Below, one piece after another: positions 1 through 9,209 of a DNA stretch of 64,000 nucleotides. Numbering within the stretch: position 1 is the stretch's first letter; each line of letters starts with the position of its first letter. Below the pieces are notes generated by a model, which had not been told where the DNA came from, did not search any database, and was given only the letters and a program-made list of their open reading frames with translations. Origin of the DNA: Vicinamibacterales bacterium (GTDB lineage Bacteria; Acidobacteriota; Vicinamibacteria; Vicinamibacterales; UBA2999); NCBI GenBank assembly GCA_035647075.1, contig DASROF010000027.1, positions 466-64,465 on the forward strand, read 5' to 3'. The position numbers were made by a program, and so were the translations under genes.

Positions 1-687
1 CGGCTCCGGCGCGGCGATGATCGGGCGGCCCACCACGATGTAGGTCGCCCCGGCACGCACCGCCTCCGCGGGTCCCATCGTTCGCGCCTGATCGTTCTTC
101 TGCTCGCCGGCGGACGCCCCGCGAATCCCCGGAGTCACAATCGCAAAGTCCGCTCCGCACGACTGTCGAATGGCGGCCGTTTCCTGCGGTGACGCGACGA
201 CCCCGTGCATGCCCGCCTCCTGCGCCATGCGCGCCAATGCCAGCACGTGATCCAGCAGGGGTCTCGCGACGCCGGTCTGCTGCAGCGTGTGCTCGTCCAT
301 GCTTGTCAGCACCGTGACGGCGATCACGAGCGGAACGGGGCGGCCGGCCGCTGCGGCTCCATCCGCGGCTGCGCGAGCTGCGGCCAGCATCATTGCGCTG
401 CCACCGGATGCGTGGACGTTGATCATCCAGGCCCCCGTCCTGACGGCCGCGTCAACGGCTTGCGCGACCGTGTTGGGAATGTCATGGAACTTCAGGTCGA
501 GGAAGACTCGCGAGCCGGATTCGACCAGCCGACGCACCAGATCCGGTCCTGCCGTCGTGAAGAGGCGGCTGCCGATCTTCAGCCCGCCAGCGACCCCGCG
601 CACCTGCTCGGCGACCGCGAATGCGCGCTCCGCGTTCTCGACGTCGAGTGCAACGAGGAGTCGATCGCCGCCCCGGCTAGTGGACAT
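1..687 (-). CDS. pyrF: Orotidine-5'-phosphate decarboxylase (3' end runs off the window)
   Basis: Not in the ORF track. Manual translation from ATG 687 gives [16 protein letters not shown]...GLKIG...VFLDLKFHDIPNTV...HASGG...VTVLTS...VTPGIR...VVGRPI, the OMPDC motifs. Overlaps the pyrD stop. Confidence 0.95.
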   Translation of the reverse strand, partial: MSTSRGGDRLLVALDVENAERAFAVAEQVRGVAGGLKIGSRLFTTAGPDLVRRLVESGSRVFLDLKFHDIPNTVAQAVDAAVRTGAWMINVHASGGSAMMLAAARAAADGAAAAGRPVPLVIAVTVLTSMDEHTLQQTGVARPLLDHVLALARMAQEAGMHGVVASPQETAAIRQSCGADFAIVTPGIRGASAGEQKNDQARTMGPAEAVRAGATYIVVGRPIIAAPEP

Positions 688-1768
688 CGGCGCCGATCGC
701 GTCCTCGATACGCGAGAACCCGTCCCTCGTCAGCCGCACCGCGAGGCCTGTGAGCAGTCGATGAATCATGTCTGGTCCCTCATACACCAGCGCCGTGTAG
801 ATCTGGACGAGCGCGGCGCCAGATCGGATGCGCTCATACGCATCGTCAGCGGTAAAGATGCCGCCTACGCCGACGATCGGTATCCGCCGGCCAAGGTGGC
901 GAAACAGCACCCTGCAGATTGAGTGTGCCGCGGCCTTCAACGGTGCACCGCTGAGACCACCCGCCTCCCCTGCGAATCGACCGGTCACCTGCGGTCGTGC
1001 CACTGTGGTGTTGGTGGCGATGATCCCCGCTGCGCCCCCTTCGACGGCCGCGTCAACGGATCGCAGCAGGTCGCGTTCTTCCTGATCCGGCGAAAATTTC
1101 ACCAGGACCGGAATTCTGCGGCCCGGGCTCTGCTCCGCGACCCGCGCCACGGTCTGTTCAACCAGCAGGCGAAGCGGGCGGCTGTCCTGCAGCTCGCGCA
1201 GTCCCGCGGTATTTGGTGAGCTCACGTTGATCGCGAAGTAGTCGGCAAACGGATGCAGCGTGTCGATGGTCTGCATGTAATCGTCGGCTGCGCGATCGTT
1301 CGGCGTGTCCTTGTTTCTGCCGATGTTGATGCCGAGACGTAAGCTACCCGTCCGAGCGGTGCCGTCAGCAAGGTTGCGCGCGACACCGTCAGCGCCCTCG
1401 CTGTTGAAGCCGAATCGATTGATGATCGCTCGTTCAGATTGCAGGCGGAACAAACGTGGTTTCGGGTTGCCGGGCTGAGGACGCGGCGTGACGGTGCCGA
1501 CTTCCGCGAAGCCGAATCCGAGCGCGGACCAGGCTGCGACGGCCGTGCCCTGCTTATCGAGGCCCGCGGCGAGGCCGACGGGGTTCCGAAACGCGAGGCC
1601 GAAGACCTGTTCAGAGAGCCGTTGCTCGAGCGAGCGATCGGCACGCCGCCGCAACGTATTGACCACGATCGGACGCCGCAGCGCCGCCAGCGTGAAGTTA
1701 TGCGCGTGTTCGGCGTCGAGTGCAAAGAGCGCGGGACGGATCGCCCGCGTGTAGAAGCTCACGCTCAC
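677..1768 (-). CDS. pyrD: Dihydroorotate dehydrogenase (quinone), class 2
   Basis: [64 protein letters not shown] 1762 ([10 protein letters not shown]) is an equally plausible start. Confidence 0.95.
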   Translation of the reverse strand: MSVSFYTRAIRPALFALDAEHAHNFTLAALRRPIVVNTLRRRADRSLEQRLSEQVFGLAFRNPVGLAAGLDKQGTAVAAWSALGFGFAEVGTVTPRPQPGNPKPRLFRLQSERAIINRFGFNSEGADGVARNLADGTARTGSLRLGINIGRNKDTPNDRAADDYMQTIDTLHPFADYFAINVSSPNTAGLRELQDSRPLRLLVEQTVARVAEQSPGRRIPVLVKFSPDQEERDLLRSVDAAVEGGAAGIIATNTTVARPQVTGRFAGEAGGLSGAPLKAAAHSICRVLFRHLGRRIPIVGVGGIFTADDAYERIRSGAALVQIYTALVYEGPDMIHRLLTGLAVRLTRDGFSRIEDAIGADVH

Positions 1769-1770
1769 CG

Positions 1771-1778
1771 AGTATAAT
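1771..1778. promoter_or_regulatory. Overlapping divergent -10 elements: TATAAT (+, 1773-1778) for pyrR operon and TATACT (-, 1776-1771) for pyrD-pyrF
   Basis: AGTATAAT in the 56-bp pyrD/pyrR gap. The + element predicts a TSS near 1785, just before the PyrR hairpin. No clear -35. Confidence 0.55.
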
Positions 1779-1785
1779 CAATCGA

Positions 1786-1819
1786 CTCTTTAACCGCGGT
1801 CCTGCGAGGCCGCAAAGAG
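1786..1819 (+). promoter_or_regulatory. PyrR-binding RNA hairpin overlapping the pyrR Shine-Dalgarno
   Basis: CTCTTT-AACC-GCGGTC-[CTGCGA]-GGCCGC-AAAGAG. It has the CUUUAA and RUCCnGnGAGGY PyrR consensus and a CnGnGA hexaloop. The 3' arm AAAGAG(G) is the SD, just upstream of ATG 1825. Confidence 0.85.
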
Positions 1820-1824
1820 GTGTC

Positions 1825-2370
1825 ATGCCCACGACTGTCATGGATGCGGACCGCATTGGCCGCACCCTCACCCGAATCGCCCACGAAATCGTCGAACGGA
1901 ATAAAGGCGTCGAAGATCTGGCGCTGGTCGGGGTGCGTACGCGCGGCGTGCCCATCGCCCGCCGTATCGCCCGCGCGCTGCGTGAGATCACCGGCCACGA
2001 AGTCCCGACGGGAGCGCTCGACATCACGCTCTACCGCGACGACCTGATGCGGCACGCCGTCGGCCCGCAGCCGCTCGTCCGTCGCACCGAGATTCAGTTC
2101 TCCATCGACAACCGTAAAATCCTGCTCGTCGACGACGTGCTCTACACAGGCCGGACGACACGGGCCGCTCTTGATGCGCTGATTGATTACGGGCGGCCCA
2201 AGGCGATTCAGTTGATCGTGCTCGTTGACCGTGGTCACCGCGAGCTTCCGATCAAGGCAGACTACGTTGGCAAGAACCTGCCGACGTCACTTGAGGAGAG
2301 CGTCCAGGTCCGACTGCAGGAAATTGACGGCGTTGACGAAGTGGTGCTGGAGCAGGGAGGGTCGATATGA
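1825..2370 (+). CDS. pyrR: Bifunctional pyrimidine regulator / uracil phosphoribosyltransferase
   Basis: [51 protein letters not shown] 1825 follows AGAGG. Confidence 0.97.
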   Translation: MPTTVMDADRIGRTLTRIAHEIVERNKGVEDLALVGVRTRGVPIARRIARALREITGHEVPTGALDITLYRDDLMRHAVGPQPLVRRTEIQFSIDNRKILLVDDVLYTGRTTRAALDALIDYGRPKAIQLIVLVDRGHRELPIKADYVGKNLPTSLEESVQVRLQEIDGVDEVVLEQGGSI

Positions 2371-3326
2371 GTGACGCGCCTGCGTTGACCGCCTTGCGTT
2401 GCAAGGATCTGCTCGGCATTGCGGATCTGTCGGCGGCAGAAATCACGCTGATACTGGATACGGCAGAGGCGATGAAGGAAGTCGCCACGCGTCCGATCAA
2501 AAAGGTCCCTGCGCTGCGCGGCAAGACGGTGGTGAACCTGTTCTTTGAGCCGAGCACGCGCACGAGAACGTCGTTTGAGATTGCCGAGAAGCGTCTGAGC
2601 GCCGACACGCTCAATATCGCGATTGGGTCGTCGAGCGTGGTGAAAGGGGAGACACTCGCCGACACCGCGCTCAATCTCGAGGCGATGGCCCCGGACATGA
2701 TTGTGCTCCGGCACTCCTCGTCCGGTGCCGGCCACTTGCTGTCCAGAATCTGCCGCTCCGGAATCATCAACGCCGGCGACGGCACGCACGAGCACCCGAC
2801 GCAGGCGTTGCTCGACGCCTTCACGATCCGGGAGCGCAAGGGACGACTGTCGGGGCTGAAGGTGGCCATCATCGGCGATCTCCAGCACAGTCGTGTCCTG
2901 CGCTCCAACATCCAGCTGCTCACCAAAATGGGCGCCGACGTCTGGGTGTCAGGGCCGCCAACATTGATTCCGGCCGGCATGCGCGACTTCGGCGTCACGG
3001 CCACACCCAACGTCGATGAGGCGATCGACGGGGCCGACGTGATCATGCTGCTGCGTATTCAGCTGGAGCGGATGGAAGGCGCCTACTTTCCGTCACTGCG
3101 GGAGTACTTCAATGTGTTCGGAATGACCGAGAACCGCCTGCGTCTGGCGCGGCCCGACGTGATGATCATGCATCCGGGCCCGATGAACCGTGGCGTCGAG
3201 ATCGCGTCGGAAGTGGCAGATGGACCGTATTCAGTGATCCTGGAGCAGGTCGCGAATGGCGTCGCCGTCCGCATGGCGGTGCTGTATCTGCTCGCAGGCG
3301 GGGTGGACCATGAAGAAGCTGCTTAA
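2367..3326 (+). CDS. pyrB: Aspartate carbamoyltransferase catalytic subunit
   Basis: [58 protein letters not shown]. Confidence 0.98.
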   Translation: MSDAPALTALRCKDLLGIADLSAAEITLILDTAEAMKEVATRPIKKVPALRGKTVVNLFFEPSTRTRTSFEIAEKRLSADTLNIAIGSSSVVKGETLADTALNLEAMAPDMIVLRHSSSGAGHLLSRICRSGIINAGDGTHEHPTQALLDAFTIRERKGRLSGLKVAIIGDLQHSRVLRSNIQLLTKMGADVWVSGPPTLIPAGMRDFGVTATPNVDEAIDGADVIMLLRIQLERMEGAYFPSLREYFNVFGMTENRLRLARPDVMIMHPGPMNRGVEIASEVADGPYSVILEQVANGVAVRMAVLYLLAGGVDHEEAA

Positions 3327-4620
3327 GGGCGGCCGCGTGGTCGATCCACGCAATGGTCTCGATGGCGCGTTCGACGTGCTCATCGATGGCGATCGCATCG
3401 CACGTGTCGGACGCGATCTGCCGGCTGACGGCGCAACGGTGGTCGAGATTCCGGCGGACCTCGTGATCTGTCCGGGCCTCATCGACATGCACGTACACCT
3501 CCGTGAGCCCGGTCAGGAGCACAAGGAAACCGTGGCCACCGGCACGGCCGCCGCCGTGGCCGGTGGGTTCACCGCCGTCGCCTGCATGCCGAACACGATT
3601 CCGGTCAATGACAGCGCGAACGTCACCACACTGATTCTGTCGAAGGCCGCTGCGGCCGGTCTGGCGCGCGTCTACCCGATCGGCGCGGTCTCGAAGGGAT
3701 CCAAGGGCGAGCTGCTCGCCGACATCGCCGAGCTTCGCCAGGCCGGCTGCGTCGCGATCAGCGACGACGGGCATCCGGTAGCGACGGCGCTCCTGATGCG
3801 TCGTGCGCTCGAGTACGCAGGGATGTTCGACATGCCCCTGATCGAGCACTGCGAGGATCCGACGCTGAAGGGCGATGGTGTCGCGCATGAGGGATTCCAT
3901 GCGTCCTCGCTCGGATTGCGCGGTATTCCCGGCGCGGCAGAGGCGCTGGGGGTCGAACGCGGCGTTCTGCTGGCTGAGCTCACCGGGTCGCGGCTCCATA
4001 TCGCCCATATGAGCGCGCGCGCATCGATTCGCGGTGTCCGCAAGGGCAAAGAAGCCGGCGTGCGCGTCACCTGCGAGGTCGCGCCTCACCATTTCACGCT
4101 GACCGACGAGGCGCTTCAATCGCCGACGGCGTATGACACGAACACCAAGATGAACCCGCCGCTTCGCGAGGCTGCGGACCGTGACGCGATGCTGGCCGGC
4201 ATCGCGGATGGCACCGTCGACGCAATTGCGACAGACCACGCGCCGCATCATTACGACGAGAAGCAGGTTGAGTTCGACCGTGCGCCGTTCGGGATCGTCG
4301 GCCTCGAGACGGCGGTATCGCTGACCTTCGACCGGTTACTGCACACCGGCCTGGTCCGGCTGCCTCGAATCGTCGAACTGCTGTCCGCCAACCCGGCGCA
4401 CATCCTCAAGATTCCTGGTGGAACGCTCAGCGAGGGCGCGGTTGCGGACATCACGATTCTCGCACCGGAACTGAAAGTCCGCGTGCACGCCCGGTCGTTC
4501 CGCTCGCGTTCGAAGAACACTCCGTTCGACGGCTGGGAGCTTCGCGGTGGTGTTGCCGCCACGATCGTCGGCGGGCGCACGGTGTTCGCAAATGCGGAGG
4601 CAGGGTTGACGACACTATGA
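3310..4620 (+). CDS. pyrC: Dihydroorotase (multifunctional-complex type)
   Basis: [52 protein letters not shown] 3310 overlaps the pyrB end. Confidence 0.97.
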   Translation: MKKLLKGGRVVDPRNGLDGAFDVLIDGDRIARVGRDLPADGATVVEIPADLVICPGLIDMHVHLREPGQEHKETVATGTAAAVAGGFTAVACMPNTIPVNDSANVTTLILSKAAAAGLARVYPIGAVSKGSKGELLADIAELRQAGCVAISDDGHPVATALLMRRALEYAGMFDMPLIEHCEDPTLKGDGVAHEGFHASSLGLRGIPGAAEALGVERGVLLAELTGSRLHIAHMSARASIRGVRKGKEAGVRVTCEVAPHHFTLTDEALQSPTAYDTNTKMNPPLREAADRDAMLAGIADGTVDAIATDHAPHHYDEKQVEFDRAPFGIVGLETAVSLTFDRLLHTGLVRLPRIVELLSANPAHILKIPGGTLSEGAVADITILAPELKVRVHARSFRSRSKNTPFDGWELRGGVAATIVGGRTVFANAEAGLTTL

Positions 4621-5237
4621 ACCGTCGGGAACAGATTCGCGAGAAAGCGCTCAGCGACCTCCAGCAGCACGAAGTGCTGATGCTCAACGGCCATTTCGAC
4701 TTCGGAAATGGATACCACGGCCGCGTCTACCTCAACCCGCACCAGCTGTTCCGTCACCCGTCGACCATCTGGCGCTTTGCCCAGGACCTGCTCGACATCC
4801 TGCCGGCGTCGATCGTCGAACAGGCGGAGGTCGTGGCCGGTCCCATCATGGGCGGGGCGCTTCTGGCGCACACGATGGCCGGCCTGCTGGACAGCCGGCA
4901 GCACTTATCCCGGCCGCGTACGATCTTCGCGCCGTTCAGCGTTGACGCCGCATGCGGCCAGACGCTGAGCCTCTTCTATCAACAGCAGGTGAAGGGACGA
5001 CGGGTGCTGATCGTGGACGACGTGCGGAACACAGGCCAGACGTTTGCCCGATGCGCCGAGCTGGTGCGCGCCGGCGGTGGAACCGTCATCGCCACTGCCG
5101 AGATCTACGATCGAATGGAAGCGATCGTCCAGTTGGACGTTCCCAACTTTCCGCTTGCCGAATACAAGGCGCCCGAAAACTACGAGGTCGGTTCGTGCCC
5201 GCCGTGTCAGTCAGGAGTTCCGATCACCTCCTTCTAA
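4617..5237 (+). CDS. Divergent orotate-phosphoribosyltransferase-like type I PRTase
   Basis: GHFDFGNGYHGRVYLN, VVAGPIMGG, PRPP loop VLIVDDVRNTGQT, C-terminal CPPC. ATGA overlap with pyrC. Lacks the basic catalytic-loop residues of the canonical pyrE at 10932. Confidence 0.8.
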   Translation: MNRREQIREKALSDLQQHEVLMLNGHFDFGNGYHGRVYLNPHQLFRHPSTIWRFAQDLLDILPASIVEQAEVVAGPIMGGALLAHTMAGLLDSRQHLSRPRTIFAPFSVDAACGQTLSLFYQQQVKGRRVLIVDDVRNTGQTFARCAELVRAGGGTVIATAEIYDRMEAIVQLDVPNFPLAEYKAPENYEVGSCPPCQSGVPITSF

Positions 5238-5246
5238 CATCAGTTC

Positions 5247-6344
5247 GTGCTGCTCCCGGTCCTCGTATCCATGCTGATCCTGTTCGGATCGCCGTATGTG
5301 GGGCAGCTCCGCAGTTCGTTGCGGTCGTCGTTTCCGGAGGAGTATCCGTGGATCATCGGCGGGGTGACCGCGACCGCGGTGGTCGGCGCGATCGGCTGGG
5401 CCGTCGTACACCTGCGGCAATCCCGATACGATTCCTCACCGGCTCCATCCGTTCGGCAACCGCTGTGGGTGCGGTATACGCTGATCATCACGGCCGTCGC
5501 AGTCAGTGCGGGGTACGCGCGCGCGGTCAGTACTGGAGAGTCGGAGGTCGACCTCGTCGAGGCGTTTCACTTTGTCGAATACGGTCTCGTGGCCTACCTG
5601 TTCTATCGGGCCTGGCGTCGACGTTCCGACGTGTCCGGTGTGGCGCTCGCCGCAGGCGCGGGGCTGGCGCTGGGCATCGCGGACGAATGGGTCCAGTGGT
5701 TCGTGCCCGGGCGTGTCGGCGAGATGCACGACATCCTGCTCAATGCAGTCGCCGTCGGGTGCGGCCTCTTGGTCAGCATCGCGGTTCATCCACCTCTGTC
5801 ACTGGCGTTGCCAACGCGCCGAAAATCACGCCTCGCGCTTGGCGCCGCGGTCGGCGGGTTGCTGCTCGCGTTTGCAAGTTTTGTCGATTGCGTCCATCTC
5901 GGTTACGAAGTTCAGGACGGCAAGGCGGGGGTGTTTCGCTCCCGATACGACATGACGGCGCTCGCGGCTGCCGCAGCGAATCGGCCCGCGCGCTGGAAGG
6001 CGTCGCCACCTCCGGTTGGTGGTTTCCGTCATGAGGATCACTATCTGAGCGAAGGCGAGTGGCACGTCCAGCGGCGGACTATCGCCGTCGGAACCCGTGA
6101 CTGGCGGACCGCGCTGCGTGAGGATGCCATCCTCGAGCGGTTCTACGCACCCGTGCTCGAGATACGGGGCCGCTGGTCGGAAGAGCAGCGATCGGAATTC
6201 GAACGGAACGCCCACGGGCTCGAGCAGGCGGCGTATCGTAGCGATGCTGCACCGTATCCGATTTACGTGATCAACCGTAAGGCGTTCTGGACCGTCACAC
6301 TTCTGATCGCGGCCGCCGTGGTGTGGCTCGCCTCGCGCGTGTGA
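5247..6344 (+). CDS. VanZ-like multi-pass membrane protein with extra C-terminal domain
   Basis: Several TM segments; EAFHFVEYG...GIADEWVQWFVPGRVGEMHDILLNAV resembles VanZ. Confidence 0.65.
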   Translation: MLLPVLVSMLILFGSPYVGQLRSSLRSSFPEEYPWIIGGVTATAVVGAIGWAVVHLRQSRYDSSPAPSVRQPLWVRYTLIITAVAVSAGYARAVSTGESEVDLVEAFHFVEYGLVAYLFYRAWRRRSDVSGVALAAGAGLALGIADEWVQWFVPGRVGEMHDILLNAVAVGCGLLVSIAVHPPLSLALPTRRKSRLALGAAVGGLLLAFASFVDCVHLGYEVQDGKAGVFRSRYDMTALAAAAANRPARWKASPPPVGGFRHEDHYLSEGEWHVQRRTIAVGTRDWRTALREDAILERFYAPVLEIRGRWSEEQRSEFERNAHGLEQAAYRSDAAPYPIYVINRKAFWTVTLLIAAAVVWLASRV

Positions 6345-7222
6345 TGGCGCGGACGTCTCGAATCGCGGCGTCGGACGCGCGTGGCCGCCTCGACGATCTC
6401 TATCGCACCTTCGACCACGTCAACTCGGCTGCCGATCCGGTCCACATCGTTCGCCGATACTCGCAACCGGACGATCGCGAAGTCGTCGGATTCTGTGCGG
6501 CCGCGCTGGCGTTCGGCAGGGTGGCGAGCGTGCTGAACTCCATCGAGTCATTGCTGAAGGTGATGGGACCCCATCCCGCGGCCTTCGTGCGCAGCTTTGC
6601 CATGGCTCGACACGGCGCACGGCTCGAGCCGCTCGTGCATCGTTGGATTCGTGGTCGAGATCTGGCAGCGCTGATGCTGGTCCTGCACCGGATGCTCGCC
6701 GAGGCAGGGTCGATCGAAGCGTTCTTTCGCGCCGGCGACGATCCGTCGTTGCCCGATGTCGCCGCGGCGCTCGACTCGTTCTCGTGGCGGGCGCTCGAGA
6801 CCGACCTGCGCCCGGCGTACGGCTCGCGCAGACCCGCGCGGCTGGGTGTCTGCTACTTCTTTCCCCGCCCCTCAGCGGGCAGCGCGTGCAAGCGGCTCAA
6901 TCTCTTTCTTCGGTGGATGGTCCGCAAAGACGCGATCGACCTCGGCGTCTGGCAAACGATCAGCCCCGCGCGGCTCGTGGTGCCTCTTGATACGCACGTC
7001 ATTCGCCTTGGCCGATGTCTCAAGCTCACGCGCTATGCCTCGCCTGGGTGGAAAATGGCTGCCGACATCACCGCCGCGTTGCGCGCCATCGATCCGGCCG
7101 ACCCGGTTCGTTACGACTTCTCGCTCTGTCACGTGGGAATGATGAATGCCTGTGGGTACGGCACGCGGAGCGGGGATGCGCAGTGCCCGCTACGAGGTCT
7201 CTGCTCGCCGCAGCGATCCTAG
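6344..7222 (+). CDS. TIGR02757 / DUF2400 family protein (HhH-like, putative DNA repair)
   Basis: DPVHIVRRY, DREVVGFCAAALAFGRV, SACKRLNLFLRWMVR, VPLDTHV, DPVRYDFSL, C-terminal Cys cluster. TGATG overlap. Confidence 0.85.
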   Translation: MARTSRIAASDARGRLDDLYRTFDHVNSAADPVHIVRRYSQPDDREVVGFCAAALAFGRVASVLNSIESLLKVMGPHPAAFVRSFAMARHGARLEPLVHRWIRGRDLAALMLVLHRMLAEAGSIEAFFRAGDDPSLPDVAAALDSFSWRALETDLRPAYGSRRPARLGVCYFFPRPSAGSACKRLNLFLRWMVRKDAIDLGVWQTISPARLVVPLDTHVIRLGRCLKLTRYASPGWKMAADITAALRAIDPADPVRYDFSLCHVGMMNACGYGTRSGDAQCPLRGLCSPQRS

Positions 7223-8299
7223 GCGTTCGTAGGCGGACACCGTCTCGCGCACCATCTGCTCAACCGTAAACAGGCGTCGTACGCGATTGAGTCCAGCCCG
7301 TCCCATCTGTCGACGGAGCTCCTGGTCCTTGAGCAGCTGGATGATTCGCGAGGCCAGCGCGCGCGGTTCGCGCGCAGGCACGAGGAAGCCGGTGGCCATG
7401 TCCTCGACGACTTCGGGCACGCCTCCAACTGCCGTCGCCACGGCCGGTTTCTCTGCGGCCATGGCGTCCAGCAACGAGGTGCACATCCCCTCGTGCGTTG
7501 AGCTCAATGCAAATACATCAACATCCTTCAACAGCTCGAGCACGTCGGCGCGGAATCCCGCCAGGAACACGTGACGCTCGAGATGCAGGTGTTTGATCTG
7601 TTTCTCGAGCGGCTGTCGCAGGTCGCCCTCGCCGAGAATGACGAACCTGACGTCCGACACCTGCTTGACCACGATCGCTGCGGCGTCAATCAGCGTGTGG
7701 TGGTCCTTCTGTGCGACCAGTGCGCCAATGGTGCCGACGATCGGCGAGTGGGTCGGCAGAAACAGCGCTGCATGAAGATTACCGTGCGGAAGCGCAATGA
7801 GACGTTCGACGTCGACGCCTTCGTGCACGACGTCGATCTTCGACGCGGGGATGCGATCCGCAACCAGGCGGTCGCGCACGGCCCGGCTGATGGCCAGGAA
7901 GCGGTCGACCTGCGAGTACTTCCACGTTGAAAACGAGTTTCGGGCGATCGGAAACTCGATGCGACGTGACGCCACGAGCAGCGGCCGCGGCCGCGGCGTC
8001 GTAATCGCCAACGCTGTCGCGGCCATGGCCACAGCGTTCGGATCGTGTGCGTGCAGCACGTCCGGTCGCAGTTGCTTGATGACCCGCGACAGGCGCCAGG
8101 CCGCGGCGAGGTCGATTTCGCCGCGTGAGGAGAGGGGCACGAGGTCAAGTCCTTCGGACATGCGCTGAAAGAGGGCGCCGGCCGGGTCGGCCACCAGCGC
8201 CGCGCGATGGCCGATCGCGCGCAGCCCCAGCACCGTATAACGCACCTGGCTTTGCCCACCCCTCCAGGTCTGCGCCGTGTCGATGTGAAGGGAGAACAC
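7190..8299 (-). CDS. Glycosyltransferase family 4 (GT-B)
   Basis: HIDTAQTWRGGQSQV, HAHD, GALVAQKDH, FALSSTHEGMCTSLLDAMAA, GGVPEVV. Start placed at GTG 8299. Confidence 0.9.
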   Translation of the reverse strand: MFSLHIDTAQTWRGGQSQVRYTVLGLRAIGHRAALVADPAGALFQRMSEGLDLVPLSSRGEIDLAAAWRLSRVIKQLRPDVLHAHDPNAVAMAATALAITTPRPRPLLVASRRIEFPIARNSFSTWKYSQVDRFLAISRAVRDRLVADRIPASKIDVVHEGVDVERLIALPHGNLHAALFLPTHSPIVGTIGALVAQKDHHTLIDAAAIVVKQVSDVRFVILGEGDLRQPLEKQIKHLHLERHVFLAGFRADVLELLKDVDVFALSSTHEGMCTSLLDAMAAEKPAVATAVGGVPEVVEDMATGFLVPAREPRALASRIIQLLKDQELRRQMGRAGLNRVRRLFTVEQMVRETVSAYERLGSLRRAETS

Positions 8300-8357
8300 G
8301 ATCAACTCCCCACGTCCAACAACCGCTTTCCGACGCAAGGCCGGGTGCGTCCGGCGA

Positions 8358-9134
8358 TCATTTTGTGGAAGTCGGGGGAGAGGAATCGGGAGTCTGCGTC
8401 TGCAACTCCCACAGCTTGGCAAACTTCAGCAGGACCGAGTACGCGTTGACCAGCGAAATGGTGAGACCGGCAACGCCGTCAGTAAAGCCGCCCCGCAGGA
8501 TGTAATTGCGCAGGAACGCCGCCGGCGGGTGCGTCAGCAGATCGAACGCGTTTGCCCGCCGCCCGGCCTCGTACATCTGGCGGGCCGCCAGGCTGCTGTA
8601 GTGGTTGATCCGGTCGAGATGGTCGCTGAGATCCCGGTACGAGTAGTGCTGAAGCTCGTGCTTCAACTGCCCGACGGGCCCGTCTGCGATGACGGATTCA
8701 TGGACGTACTTGCCTTGCCAGCGCGCCGCACGCCGGTCGTACAGCCGCGTCTGGTGATCGGGGTAGAAATCGGTCGTTCGTACCCATCGTCCGAGGTGAA
8801 AGGTGACACGAGGAACGCGGAAGGCGCGTTCCGCCGGCTCGCTCGCCACGACCTCGCGTATTTCAGACGAGAGCGCTGGTGTCACCCGTTCGTCGGCATC
8901 GAGCGAAAAGATCCAGTCGTGCGAGGCGACTGAGGCGGCATAGTTCTTTTGGTCGACGTATCCGGGCCACGTGCGACCCATGACGCGGACACCCTTCCCC
9001 GTGGCGATCGCCACGGTATCGTCGGTGCTGCCTGAATCGACGACCAGTACTTCGTCAGCCCACGCAGCGCTGTCGATGGCTGCGGCAATGTGCCGCGCCT
9101 CGTTGAGGGTGATGATCGTGACCGTGACGGGCAC
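8358..9134 (-). CDS. Glycosyltransferase family 2 (WaaE/KdtX-like)
   Basis: IITLNEA, VVDSGSTDDT, QKNYA, WIFSLDADE, YPDHQTRLY, VHE, HYSYR. Start placed at GTG 9134. Confidence 0.9.
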   Translation of the reverse strand: MPVTVTIITLNEARHIAAAIDSAAWADEVLVVDSGSTDDTVAIATGKGVRVMGRTWPGYVDQKNYAASVASHDWIFSLDADERVTPALSSEIREVVASEPAERAFRVPRVTFHLGRWVRTTDFYPDHQTRLYDRRAARWQGKYVHESVIADGPVGQLKHELQHYSYRDLSDHLDRINHYSSLAARQMYEAGRRANAFDLLTHPPAAFLRNYILRGGFTDGVAGLTISLVNAYSVLLKFAKLWELQTQTPDSSPPTSTK

Positions 9135-9209
9135 GGGGGGATTCTGCCGCGGCTGGTGCGAAAAGACCAAACCGCGGGGTCAAATCCCGGTGGTTCGTGA
9201 GCGTCGTGT

